Made by a program: the position numbers and the translations under genes | Notes under the pieces: generated by a model | The model's database searches: none | Told to the model about the DNA's origin: nothing | What the model saw: the letters and a program-made list of their open reading frames with translations, nothing else | Assembly: GCA_031411135.1 (NCBI GenBank) | Contig: JANOAN010000003.1 | Coordinates: 10,614 to 74,613 of the forward strand | Source: a bacterium | GTDB taxonomy: Bacteria > Patescibacteriota > Minisyncoccia > Phycocordibacterales > CAIZLB01 | Direction of reading: 5' to 3' | Length of the DNA: 64,000 nucleotides | Shown here: positions 1 to 9,328 of the stretch, one piece after another | How the letters are laid out: the number at the start of each line of letters is the position of its first letter | How positions within the stretch are numbered: position 1 is the first letter of the stretch

Positions 1-1422
1 GATAGGAGAAATTTCCGGCAGAGATCGGACACCCTGGTCGCTTATTGTCAAAATAATTTTTGAATTTTTATTTTCAAGTTTGATTGCAACTGTAGAGTCT
101 TTGGAATACTGAATTGAATTTTCTAGAACATTTGCGATTGCGGTATGCAACTTGGTGCGGTCCCCTTTTATTTTATAGTCCTCATCCCCGATATCCATTT
201 CAATATTAATATTATGATGATCGATGATAAATTTTCTATCGCATAAAATATCATTCAAAGTTTGAGCTAAATCAACTTCATCTTTTGAATATTTCATTTC
301 TTCATTTTCTATTTGAGAGATGGCGAGAAAGTCTTTCACGATGACAATAAACCGATCGATAATTCCTTGCAGGCTTTTCAGGCCTATTTTGTCGAGATCT
401 ACGTCTTTGTCGTTCAACAATGAGGCGTAAGCGTTTATGGCGGTTAGAGGGCTTGCCATCTGGTGGCGGGCCAAGGAGACGAACTTTGATTTTATTTCGT
501 CGACTTCCTTCAATTGGTGGTTGGCGTGGGCGAGTTCGAGGACTAAACGGCGATTTTCTTCGTACTGTTCGGCTTGTTTTTTGACGGATTTGATGAGGAG
601 GATGCCGATGAGGATGGAGACCACGAGAAATATTACGGAGGTTGATGCGTTCCCTTTTTGTTCAAAAGCAGTGATTTTTACCAGGGTGAAAATCCATAGT
701 AGTAGGACGAAGATTTCTGTGGTGATTACTTTTATATTGAATAGATGGTGACGAGTAACAGCATAAGTAATAGCTAGTGCTACAAAAATAGTAGAAGTAG
801 GTCCAATCCATATATATTTAAAATTACCCATGGTGTGAAGTAGTAAATTTGTATTGAAAGAAATCACCCCAGAAAGAGTGTACCCAATAAAGATATATAG
901 GATCTGGAACTTCTTCGGGTCATTTTTTGAATAATTAAGGTACTTTTTAAATAATCTTAAAAAGCTGCTACAAAAATAGTAGAGTATATAGATTATAAAA
1001 ATACCGTAGTAGTGTCCAAAAACTACCTTGTTATCAAATGATTCTAAAGCAACCCCTCCTGTAACAATAGTATTTGTTTTTAAAATCAAGAAGATTAGGA
1101 AGATGTTTATAAGTACAACCTTTATTAATTTATTCTTATATTCTTGTTTAAAATCAGGAAAAATTAAACTAAAATAGTAAAAGCTACTTGCGATGGGTGT
1201 AGCTGAAACATACAAACTTCTAATCATAAAATTTATATTTTCGCTATTGGCTATTCTAAAAAATGCAACACTCCCCGCCCACCAAACAATCGTTGTAATA
1301 TTCAAAAGATAAAGAATATAAACCATACCCTTGTCGCCATTTCTATACCCAGAAGAAGACACCGTCACTAGCATTAGATTTATAAGAATAATAGCACTTA
1401 GTAATATGTTTATATTATCCAC
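1..1422 (-). CDS. sensor histidine kinase, partial (C-terminus runs off the left window edge)
   Basis: Absent from the ORF track because it is truncated. My reverse-strand translation is open from GTG at 1422 to base 1. It gives a polytopic N-terminus, then the H-box KSKFVSLARHQMASPLTAINAYASLL and the start of an ATPase domain (ILTISDQGV). It is a paralog of 2921..4504. The start could instead be ATG 1374. Confidence 0.7.
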   Translation of the reverse strand, partial: MDNINILLSAIILINLMLVTVSSSGYRNGDKGMVYILYLLNITTIVWWAGSVAFFRIANSENINFMIRSLYVSATPIASSFYYFSLIFPDFKQEYKNKLIKVVLINIFLIFLILKTNTIVTGGVALESFDNKVVFGHYYGIFIIYILYYFCSSFLRLFKKYLNYSKNDPKKFQILYIFIGYTLSGVISFNTNLLLHTMGNFKYIWIGPTSTIFVALAITYAVTRHHLFNIKVITTEIFVLLLWIFTLVKITAFEQKGNASTSVIFLVVSILIGILLIKSVKKQAEQYEENRRLVLELAHANHQLKEVDEIKSKFVSLARHQMASPLTAINAYASLLNDKDVDLDKIGLKSLQGIIDRFIVIVKDFLAISQIENEEMKYSKDEVDLAQTLNDILCDRKFIIDHHNINIEMDIGDEDYKIKGDRTKLHTAIANVLENSIQYSKDSTVAIKLENKNSKIILTISDQGVRSLPEISPI

Positions 1423-1592
1423 TTGTTTCGCTTTATTATATACTAAATGAAAGACATGAACTTTTTATGAAATAAATATGAAATATACACGATTACTTAC
1501 ATTTTTTCATATGTTATATACTTGATTAATATGCACATTTCCATTCATATTAGGAAAGCATATAATATTACCTGCCCCATTAATGATTATGT

Positions 1593-2264
1593 ATGAATTC
1601 AGACTCAAAAATAATTACCTTAACTTATTATCTATTAAGAACACTTTTGAAACCTTTCATAAAAGGTTTGTGGGTTAAAAACGTGACAGGTTTATCAAAT
1701 ATTCCCAAAAGTGGATCAGCCATATTTGCTTTGAATCATCAAAGCTTTCTAGATTTTTTGACGTTTACTGTTATTTCCCCTCGAAACGTACACTTCCTTG
1801 CGGCTGAGAAGTTTTTTGAAAGCTTGTTTTGGAAGCCCATCATGATACTGTCCGGACAAATTAAAGTGACTAGAGAGTCTCACGATAAAGCAATAGTGCA
1901 TTCAATTGTTAAAAAACATGTAGATAAGGGAATGTTGTTGGCAATTTTTCCCGAAGGGACTCGTTCTCATTCTGAATCGGAAATGCTTAAGGCTTATACT
2001 GGAATAGCAAAATATGCCCTTGAACATCGCATCCCTATTATCCCTGTCGGGGTAAAGGGAACTCATGGAATCTTTTCAAAAGGTTCTAGTGAGCTAAAGT
2101 TCAGAAAGAGTGTAGAAATTAATATCGGAGAACCATTAATACACTCCGAATACTGGGGCAAACACTTAGACAAATCTACATGCACTCTTGTTACTGAAAA
2201 AGTCATCAAAAAAATAGAGGCATTATCTGGTAAAAAATATAACCACTATGAATTCAATCAATGA
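1593..2264 (+). CDS. plsC: 1-acyl-sn-glycerol-3-phosphate acyltransferase family (PlsC-like)
   Basis: Has the acyltransferase HX4D motif (NHQSFLD) and the FPEGTRS motif. Confidence 0.75.
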   Translation: MNSDSKIITLTYYLLRTLLKPFIKGLWVKNVTGLSNIPKSGSAIFALNHQSFLDFLTFTVISPRNVHFLAAEKFFESLFWKPIMILSGQIKVTRESHDKAIVHSIVKKHVDKGMLLAIFPEGTRSHSESEMLKAYTGIAKYALEHRIPIIPVGVKGTHGIFSKGSSELKFRKSVEINIGEPLIHSEYWGKHLDKSTCTLVTEKVIKKIEALSGKKYNHYEFNQ

Positions 2265-2943
2265 TATAAAAGTTGCATTTGTTGATCTAGACGGCACTTT
2301 AATAAAAGGTCAGAGCCAAGCTTTGTTTATTAAATTTCTAAAGAATAAGAAAATTATTAGTAATCACCAATCTTTTATAATATTGTCTTGGTTTTTTTTG
2401 TATAAGATAGGCCTTGCTAAAAAAACAGAAAAAATACTCTCCTACGCACTTTCTTGTTTTAAAAACAGACCAGTAAAAGATTTCTACATCTATGTGAACG
2501 AATTTATAGAAAGTGTCATTAAAGCTAATTACTATAAGGACGCAGGGTTATTCTTAGACGACATGAGATCTAGGAATATTAAACTGGTAATACTCTCAAC
2601 ATCTGTAGATATACTTGTTAATAAGATTTCGGAAAATCTTAGGATTGAATCCTACTTGGCCACGAAGGTTGAAATATCCAATGGAATATTCACTGGTAGA
2701 ATTATTGGGGAACAAAATTATGGCGAAAAAAAATTATCAAGAATATTAGAATATATAAAACGAGATAATATAGAATTGAAAAACATCCTTGTGGTTGCGG
2801 ATAATTATTCAGATAAGGAAATTTTAATACAAGCAGGTGTAGGAATTGTTGCAAACCCCGACAAAAATATGATGAATTGGGCCCTACAAAATAAATTACA
2901 CATGATATACTTGGACAGATATGAACCTATTCAGTATATCTAG
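2248..2943 (+). CDS. HAD-IB family hydrolase (SerB-like phosphatase fold)
   Basis: N-terminal DxDGT motif (FVDLDGTLIKG) and a late ADNYSD acidic motif. Overlaps the neighbouring genes in an operon-like way. Confidence 0.65.
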   Translation: MNSINDIKVAFVDLDGTLIKGQSQALFIKFLKNKKIISNHQSFIILSWFFLYKIGLAKKTEKILSYALSCFKNRPVKDFYIYVNEFIESVIKANYYKDAGLFLDDMRSRNIKLVILSTSVDILVNKISENLRIESYLATKVEISNGIFTGRIIGEQNYGEKKLSRILEYIKRDNIELKNILVVADNYSDKEILIQAGVGIVANPDKNMMNWALQNKLHMIYLDRYEPIQYI

Positions 2944-4504
2944 TTTGATACTTTGTCTTAGCAGTATCTTTTTTAGTCTTATTGTATATAGGTCTGACAG
3001 AGAAAATCCCGTTAGTTCCGCATGGCTATATACTTCTATATGTTTTGTTGGATGGTCATTAGGTCTCTATGGTGTGACATCTTCTAACACAATGGAGACT
3101 GCATTAAAGTGGCAATATGTTCTGGATGTTTCTGCTATTTTATTACCCGCGTTCTACTTTAATTTTATATCTGAGTTATTTAAATTTAAAAATTATAAAT
3201 GGAGGTATTTAATAATTACAGTATCGTTTATTCTTGCGGGATTTAGTTTTAGTTCATTATTTAAAATTGGAGTAGAACCAAAATATGAATTTTTCTGGGT
3301 TAATCCAGGTCGCTTTTATTTAATATTCCCCATATACTTTATTATCAATGCTTTCATATCAAGTACGATATTTATTTCTCAATTTCTAAAAACATCCCCA
3401 AAATCTATTGAGCGTGGTCAAGTGAGAAACACGATGATTGCAGGCCTTATGGGATACATTGGTGGGGTATCAAATTTCTTCCCGCAATTTTTTAATATCT
3501 ACCCTTACGGAAACTACCTTGTCATCTTGTTCATAGTCTTCATGGTATACGGAGTTTTGAGATATAAACTATTAAGTACGAAGGTTATATCCGCACAAAT
3601 ATTTTCAACGATTCTAGTCTTGGTTTTTCTATTTAACTTATTTCGTTCTGCAACACTTTACGAGTGGGTTGCGAATTTTTTAGTTTTGTTATTTGTGTTT
3701 ATTTTTAGTGTCTTCTTAATAAGAAGCGTTGACCAAGAAGTTATCGCCAGGAAGGAAATCGAATCCCTCGCCACCTCACTCGAACAAGCCAACTCGCACC
3801 TCAAAGAACTGGACCAGCAAAAATCTGAATTCGTCTCCCTCGCATCGCACCAACTCCGCGGTCCCCTCACCGCCATAAAAGGCTACGCCTCAATGCTTCT
3901 CGATAACGACTTTGGACCAGTAGAGGGTGGTGTCCGCGATGCAGTGGACAAAATGTACCAATCTACTCAGGACTTGGTAGTTGTGGTTGGAGACTATCTA
4001 GATGTATCAAGAATTGAACAAGGTCGCATGAAGTACGATTTTTCTGACTTTGACATGAAGGATCTTGTCGCAACTACAATCACCGAACTAAAACCAAACA
4101 TTGAACGCGCAAAACTAGATGTGAGTTTTGATTATGATTCAAATTCAAACTTCATGGTTAATGCAGACCAAGGAAAAATCAGACAAGTAATTGGTAACTT
4201 GTTAGATAACTCGATTAAATATACACCCAAAGGTAGTATTCATGTCTGGCTTCAAAAAACTCCTGAAAATAAAATCTTAATTAGTATTTCTGATACCGGA
4301 GTTGGTATTCGCCCGGAAATTCTACCGAGGCTTTTTGAAAAGTTTACCCGAGCACCCGATGCTTCGAAAACCAATATCTTAGGAACAGGACTCGGTCTTT
4401 ACGTGGCAAAGAAAATGATAGAGGCGCATAGTGGCCGGGTGTGGGCAGAATCTGCAGGTGCTGATAAAGGTTCAACTTTCTTTATTGAACTAAAATCCCT
4501 TTGA
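2921..4504 (+). CDS. membrane sensor histidine kinase
   Basis: Multi-TM N-terminus, H-box SEFVSLASHQLRGPLTAIKGYASML, N-box LLDNSIKYT, and G-boxes DTGVGI and GTGLGL. Confidence 0.85.
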   Translation: MNLFSISSLILCLSSIFFSLIVYRSDRENPVSSAWLYTSICFVGWSLGLYGVTSSNTMETALKWQYVLDVSAILLPAFYFNFISELFKFKNYKWRYLIITVSFILAGFSFSSLFKIGVEPKYEFFWVNPGRFYLIFPIYFIINAFISSTIFISQFLKTSPKSIERGQVRNTMIAGLMGYIGGVSNFFPQFFNIYPYGNYLVILFIVFMVYGVLRYKLLSTKVISAQIFSTILVLVFLFNLFRSATLYEWVANFLVLLFVFIFSVFLIRSVDQEVIARKEIESLATSLEQANSHLKELDQQKSEFVSLASHQLRGPLTAIKGYASMLLDNDFGPVEGGVRDAVDKMYQSTQDLVVVVGDYLDVSRIEQGRMKYDFSDFDMKDLVATTITELKPNIERAKLDVSFDYDSNSNFMVNADQGKIRQVIGNLLDNSIKYTPKGSIHVWLQKTPENKILISISDTGVGIRPEILPRLFEKFTRAPDASKTNILGTGLGLYVAKKMIEAHSGRVWAESAGADKGSTFFIELKSL

Positions 4505-4553
4505 TAAATCGCCATTTTATGGCATTATGCACCTGCAGCGATAGCTGCTACAT

Positions 4554-4628
4554 GGTGACTATAGTTTAGTGGTAAAACTCCGGTTTGTGGAACCGGTATC
4601 GAGGGTCCGATTCCCTCTAGTCACCCCA
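4554..4628 (+). tRNA. tRNA-His (anticodon GTG) with encoded G-1 and CCA
   Basis: Hand-folded cloverleaf. Acceptor stem GTGACTA/TAGTCAC, with an extra 5' G pairing C73. Anticodon loop TTGTGGA. T-arm GAGGG-TCCGATT-CCCTC. A 3' CCA is present. Confidence 0.9.
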
Positions 4629-4648
4629 AATATATACTCCTAGCAAAA

Positions 4649-4677
4649 TTGACTAACCCCCTTCTTTTGCATACTAT
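4649..4677 (+). promoter_or_regulatory. sigma70-like promoter for folD
   Basis: TTGACT, a 17 nt spacer, then TACTAT, about 55 nt upstream of the folD ATG. Confidence 0.5.
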
Positions 4678-4731
4678 CAAAACGGAACTTGAAAAAACAT
4701 CACAAAAACAACACCAGAAAGCAGGTAACCA

Positions 4732-5580
4732 ATGAATCCACAAATCTTAGACGGAAAAATCTGCAGTGCCGAAGTTCGCGGAGAACTCGCCGATGAGGTC
4801 CGTAAGTGTCAGCGTCCCCCGAGTCTCGGTATCATCCTCGTCGGAAACGACCCTCGAAGCGAGGTGTACGTCAGTCACAAACTGAAAGCGGCAAAGGAAG
4901 TTGGAATAGAAACTCACATCATCCGGTGTGACTCAAACATTTCAACAGCAGACCTTCTGCTTGTCGTCGGACGGTATAATCGGGATGTGAACATGGATGC
5001 ATTTATCATCCAATTCCCGCTCCCGCCGCACATCGACAAAGAGGTCATCATCAACTCAATCGACCCTTTGAAGGACGCCGACTGCTTCCACCACGCAAAT
5101 CAAGGGTTGCTTTTCCAAGGCACTCCACGCTTCGTCCCAGCCACCCCTCGCGGAGTGATTGAATTGCTCCGCAGGTACGGCCACACAACGTCCGGAAAGC
5201 GCGTGGTAGTCGTCGGTCACAGCCTCATTGTCGGACGTCCGCTTGCTGCGGCACTTCTACTCGAAGGTCCAATGGGAGAAGCGACGGTAACAATTGCTCA
5301 CATTAAAACACAAGATCTACCGGACGTTACTCGCACAGCGGAAATCCTCATCACCGCGACAGGTAAGCCCGGTTTGATTGCACGTGAACATGTCATGCCT
5401 GGCGCAGTGGTCGTCGATGTCGGTATAACCAAAACCGAAAAAGGAATCGTAGGTGATGTGGACTTTGAAGCGGTTAGTGCTGTTGCTTCGGCAATTACTC
5501 CCGTGCCGGGAGGAGTTGGGCCGATGACGGCCGTAATACTTCTCAAGAACACACTTCTTGCACACCAGTTGTGCCGTTAA
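4732..5580 (+). CDS. folD: bifunctional methylenetetrahydrofolate dehydrogenase/cyclohydrolase
   Basis: FolD-like over its full length (ILDGK start, VGNDPRSEVYV, PVPGGVGPMT). Markedly more GC-rich than the flanking sequence. Confidence 0.9.
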   Translation: MNPQILDGKICSAEVRGELADEVRKCQRPPSLGIILVGNDPRSEVYVSHKLKAAKEVGIETHIIRCDSNISTADLLLVVGRYNRDVNMDAFIIQFPLPPHIDKEVIINSIDPLKDADCFHHANQGLLFQGTPRFVPATPRGVIELLRRYGHTTSGKRVVVVGHSLIVGRPLAAALLLEGPMGEATVTIAHIKTQDLPDVTRTAEILITATGKPGLIAREHVMPGAVVVDVGITKTEKGIVGDVDFEAVSAVASAITPVPGGVGPMTAVILLKNTLLAHQLCR

Positions 5581-5603
5581 TCTTCCACCGATCCATTCAC
5601 GAG

Positions 5604-5640
5604 ACCACCGTCCGTGACAGGGTCGGTGGTTTTTCGTTTT
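5604..5640 (+). terminator. intrinsic terminator after folD
   Basis: Hairpin ACCACCGUCC-GUGACA-GGGUCGGUGGU followed by UUUUUCGUUUU. Confidence 0.7.
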
Positions 5641-5648
5641 TATATATT

Positions 5649-5688
5649 AAAAAAAAGAGCTTGCAACATATCGCTACGTTGCAAGCTC
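5649..5688 (-). terminator. intrinsic terminator after the coaD-HD gene
   Basis: Read on the minus strand: GAGCUUGCAAC-N10-GUUGCAAGCUC followed by a U8 tract. Confidence 0.7.
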
Positions 5689-5693
5689 AGTAA

Positions 5694-6803
5694 TTAATTC
5701 TTCAATTGCTCAATCGACCGTACCAAGTTCTTCCGAGCAGTAGTTTCGTACTTGTCTCGAAACAACGCTGTCGAATAGATCGATGAACGGTCGAGGAAGG
5801 ACTGGAGGACACTTGACCGACCTGCACAGAAGTCGACCTGCGGAACCCAATCATATTCTCTGCGGATTCCCGCTTCGTACGCATCGAAGGCTTTTTCTGA
5901 CTTACCTAAAACCATGAGGTCAAGGTCTACCAGAATTTGAGCTGCACGATCAGTTGGCACTGCGGCATGCTTGGTCTCCATAACCAATTCACTGACTTGT
6001 TCACCTAGGCTATCAGGTAAATCAATCTTTCCGATAGTGTCCTTTGCCAACTCTGCACTCTGCTCTTCATTGTCCTTTGCTTTCGGATCGTAAACTGCAT
6101 CATGGAACCAGATTGCCAATGCCACAGCTGGATCACCTTCGTGCATTTGCTCGAGTTCGTCGAGCATCATCACGATATGTTCCAGATTATGGTAGGCCCT
6201 CTGCGCTTCACCATATCGTTTCAGGAGATCTTCCAAGACCGCTTCCGATCCTTTAGGATTTCCCAACACCGACATAAGCGTCGCCCAATGCTTCCGTGCT
6301 TTTCCGAGAACAAACTTTTCCTTGAGTCTGACCACAACGGCTGCAGGAACTGAACGAGTCACTTGGCTCTCCCACTCGGGGTCGATTCCAACATGCCCCT
6401 TTACCATACTTGAACTCACATGCATGAGATTCGGCAAGCATGGAACCCAGATAGTTTCGACTGTTGGGCAGATCATGCGATTCTCTTCGGCCAGCGTTTG
6501 CTCGGCTTCGAGATCTTTGAAGTTCCGCAGACCCCGAACAATGACTTGTGCACCGATAGATTCGGCATGCTTTACGACGTAATGGCCGGAGCAGACATCC
6601 ACGGTGACATTTGGCAGATGTACTACAGCTGCCTTAGCCATACCTACTCGCTCCTCGGGAGTGAATGTGTATGTCTTTCGAGGATCCACTGCGACGAGAA
6701 CAATGAGTTCATCGTAGAGCGGTGCCATCCGTTCGATGACGTTGATGTGTCCGTTTGTGATTGGATCGAGACTTGCCGCATATACTGCTTTTCTTGCTTT
6801 CAT
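5694..6803 (-). CDS. coaD: phosphopantetheine adenylyltransferase fused to a C-terminal HD-domain phosphohydrolase-like module
   Basis: The N-terminal ~160 aa look like CoaD (AVYAASLDPITNGHINVIERM, an HxGH-type nucleotidyltransferase). The C-terminal ~200 aa carry H..HD-type motifs (YHNLEHIVMM, WFHDAVYDP). Confidence 0.75.
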   Translation of the reverse strand: MKARKAVYAASLDPITNGHINVIERMAPLYDELIVLVAVDPRKTYTFTPEERVGMAKAAVVHLPNVTVDVCSGHYVVKHAESIGAQVIVRGLRNFKDLEAEQTLAEENRMICPTVETIWVPCLPNLMHVSSSMVKGHVGIDPEWESQVTRSVPAAVVVRLKEKFVLGKARKHWATLMSVLGNPKGSEAVLEDLLKRYGEAQRAYHNLEHIVMMLDELEQMHEGDPAVALAIWFHDAVYDPKAKDNEEQSAELAKDTIGKIDLPDSLGEQVSELVMETKHAAVPTDRAAQILVDLDLMVLGKSEKAFDAYEAGIRREYDWVPQVDFCAGRSSVLQSFLDRSSIYSTALFRDKYETTARKNLVRSIEQLKN

Positions 6804-6805
6804 AA

Positions 6806-7402
6806 CTATTTTCCTTTCTTTTGTTTGAGATTTTGATAGAGATTGCTCACCCTATCTTTGAGTTGATCCAAGCTACAGTCTGTGTGAACCACAAACTGAG
6901 CTCTCTGTTCTTTTTCTGCTGATGGAAGTTGCTGATCAAGTCTGGCTTGTATCTCTACATCGTCCATCTGTCTGTTTTCTCGCAATCTTCGAAACTGCTC
7001 GTCAGGATTACAGGTTGCAACTATGATCTCTGCAAACTGTTCCTCGCTCATTGTTTCGAAAATGATAGCTGACTCGACAATGCAAACCTTGCCATCACCG
7101 GCAAAATCAACCTTCTCATTCACACTTGCCCACACAAGGGGGTGGATCAGAGCTTCAAGCAATCTTTTCTTTTCAGGGTCCTCAAAGATGATTTTTGCAA
7201 TTGCTCGAAAGTTCACTTTTTCACTTGAGAAAACGTTTATACCAAGGATGGTATTGATTTGATGTCTGTGTGCATTACCAGAGATGATTTCTTTAGCAAT
7301 CTGGTCACAATCTAGAATCAATACATCTGGATACTTTGAGAGCAGTGTTGCCACAGCACTCTTACCGCAGCCTATATTGCCCGTAAGTCCGAATGGTTTC
7401 AT
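6806..7402 (-). CDS. coaE: dephospho-CoA kinase
   Basis: P-loop GLTGNIGCGKS and CoaE-like length. Lies directly downstream of coaD. Confidence 0.85.
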   Translation of the reverse strand: MKPFGLTGNIGCGKSAVATLLSKYPDVLILDCDQIAKEIISGNAHRHQINTILGINVFSSEKVNFRAIAKIIFEDPEKKRLLEALIHPLVWASVNEKVDFAGDGKVCIVESAIIFETMSEEQFAEIIVATCNPDEQFRRLRENRQMDDVEIQARLDQQLPSAEKEQRAQFVVHTDCSLDQLKDRVSNLYQNLKQKKGK

Positions 7403-7496
7403 AAGTTGTCCTTTCTTTTTTAAATGTGCTGTTCCGGAGTCATCTTCATATTTTTGACAAAAAGAGTCAATACTGTATAATAACCATTATACAAAT

Positions 7497-8264
7497 ATGC
7501 AAGAGCCCCGAAAACATCTTATGAGTCTTGGTTTAAGTGATTCTGAAGTCACCGTGTATTTAGCCATGGTGTCAGGGGCCAGAACTGCTAGAGATCTCGT
7601 AAAGGTTACTCGCCTAAAAAGACCAACAGTTTACTATGCACTGGGTTGTCTAGAAAAAAGAGGACTGACAAGCAAAACTGGCTTAGCGGGTGATAAAAGC
7701 TTTTCACTTGAACAAATTGAAAAACTATCTGTCATTGCTAAAGAAAAAGCATTGGAGTTTTCTAAACTTCAACAACGCATCGATGAGATGGTCCCTACCC
7801 TATCAGCTACATCATCTCCAGCTAATCAAAAACCAACAGTCGCTTTTTATGAGGGAGTAGACGCAGTGAAGAGCGCCGTCATGGATATGCTTTATTGTAA
7901 AAGTAAAAAAATTAGCTCTGTTGTGCCCAAGCAAAACTTTTTCTGGCAGGTAGGCCAAGATTTTGTTGAGCTTTATATTGAGGAGCGTGTTAAGCGAAGT
8001 ATTAAAACTAAGAATTTATGGGAAGCACCCATAAATAAGGGATTAATAAAACAATATTACGAGGGATTATCGCAAGTCAGAATATTACCTGAAGTAATGC
8101 ATGATAAATTTCAAACAACAACCTTTATGTATGACGACAAGACTCTCTATGTATCCTCAAAAAATAACAGCTACTGTGTACTTATAAAATCTAAGGAGCA
8201 CACGGATACGATGCGGGCATGGTTTGATGGGCTTTGGGGTGCATCGAAGCCGCATGATAGGTAG
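7497..8264 (+). CDS. TrmB-like HTH transcriptional regulator
   Basis: N-terminal winged-helix pattern (LGLSDSEVTVYLAMV...RPTVYYALGCLEKRGL). Paralogous in architecture to 30603..31331. Confidence 0.55.
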   Translation: MQEPRKHLMSLGLSDSEVTVYLAMVSGARTARDLVKVTRLKRPTVYYALGCLEKRGLTSKTGLAGDKSFSLEQIEKLSVIAKEKALEFSKLQQRIDEMVPTLSATSSPANQKPTVAFYEGVDAVKSAVMDMLYCKSKKISSVVPKQNFFWQVGQDFVELYIEERVKRSIKTKNLWEAPINKGLIKQYYEGLSQVRILPEVMHDKFQTTTFMYDDKTLYVSSKNNSYCVLIKSKEHTDTMRAWFDGLWGASKPHDR

Positions 8265-8307
8265 AGCAAATATGACAGAGACACCAATAACCTGATAAAA
8301 TATAGGT

Positions 8308-8727
8308 ATGGATATTATTTCTAGAATAAAGGCACTGCACCTTCCAATCGGTAAGTATATTGTCTTTGGTAGTTCTGTTATGGAAATTCATGGAATACGA
8401 AAATCTAGAGATGTTGATTTAATTATTGATAAAGATATATACGAGGAATTAAAGAAGCGTGGGTGGAAAAGACACTGGTTTTTTAAAAGGGTTCTTACTT
8501 GTAAGGCTTTGAAAAAAGATGGGAACGAGGCTTTCAGTCATATAAAGTGGAAAAATTATAGGGTAGAAAATGATGAGCTGTTTAGAAATGCGGAGATAAT
8601 AGACGGAGTCCCATTTATGGAGCTTAGGGAATATTTAAGGTACAAAAGATGTCTTCCACGAGCAAAGGATAAGATGGATGTTAAGTTGCTGGAAGATTAC
8701 TTTTCATCTAAAGGAATAGTGGTGTAA
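8308..8727 (+). CDS. hypothetical protein with a minimal nucleotidyltransferase-like signature
   Basis: GS-x12-DxD pattern (FGSSVMEIHGIRKSRDVDLII), typical of the Pol-beta nucleotidyltransferase fold. Confidence 0.4.
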   Translation: MDIISRIKALHLPIGKYIVFGSSVMEIHGIRKSRDVDLIIDKDIYEELKKRGWKRHWFFKRVLTCKALKKDGNEAFSHIKWKNYRVENDELFRNAEIIDGVPFMELREYLRYKRCLPRAKDKMDVKLLEDYFSSKGIVV

Positions 8728-8846
8728 AATTTTCATAAAGATCATCTAGCCAATTCCTCAAAACCATGTTATTTTCTAGGCGGACTCCGGTATAGTATCG
8801 GACGACAAGAAACTAAATTCAACGGCCCAACTGGGCTAGAAAGGAA

Positions 8847-9236
8847 ATGGCCATGCCATATGCACGATTGGTAGTACAGAGGACAGCGCACACACAACTC
8901 GGAAGTAACCAAAGCCTCATTGAGCTCGCAAACAAACTTCGCGGGTTGATCGCAGGTTGCCTCACTTGTAACGACGAAGGAGGAAAACTCCAGCCAACCG
9001 ACGTAGAAGTTGAGATCGTCGATCGCGATTGGCGTCATGTCAGTGGAAGCCACTATGATGTAACTCTTACGGTCTTTGCCAAGGAATACCCGAGCCGCAA
9101 GGTCAACCTTGGCCTCTACACGACGGGCTTAACCAAAGGACTCCAAGGTCTGCTTCCTGAGGGGCTTACCGGCTTCGTTTGGGTTCTCCTCTGCCCCGCT
9201 GCATTTGTCGAGTTTGGTTTTGAGAAAAAGGAATAA
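8847..9236 (+). CDS. hypothetical protein (GC-rich orphan)
   Basis: A 129 aa ORF with its own TATAGT -10-like box upstream and a strong terminator downstream. I recognise no family. Confidence 0.5.
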   Translation: MAMPYARLVVQRTAHTQLGSNQSLIELANKLRGLIAGCLTCNDEGGKLQPTDVEVEIVDRDWRHVSGSHYDVTLTVFAKEYPSRKVNLGLYTTGLTKGLQGLLPEGLTGFVWVLLCPAAFVEFGFEKKE

Positions 9237-9264
9237 GGAGGAACCGACCATCGCCCATCACGAG

Positions 9265-9306
9265 AGCCACAGCCCTCAGTGACAGAGGGTGGTGGTTTTT
9301 CGTTTT
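9265..9306 (+). terminator. intrinsic terminator, paralogous to the folD terminator
   Basis: CCAC-AG-CCCUC-AGUGACA-GAGGG-U-GGUGG followed by UUUUUCGUUUU. Shares the GUGACA loop and the GGTGGTTTTTCGTTTT tail with 5604..5640. Confidence 0.7.
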
Positions 9307-9328
9307 CCAACCTGATAAGCTTTTTGAC

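Noticed and set aside
437-751. Track ORF of 104 aa on the plus strand (and its look-alike at 3658..3876 on the minus strand).
   Set aside because: Both are antisense to the HisKA regions of the two paralogous histidine kinases. They resemble each other only because the kinases are paralogs. Their sequences are low-plausibility, W/R/S-rich.
5298-6836. Numerous overlapping 60-140 aa ORFs on both strands within folD and coaD-HD.
   Set aside because: High GC content suppresses stop codons in off-frames. The annotated frames carry the conserved motifs.
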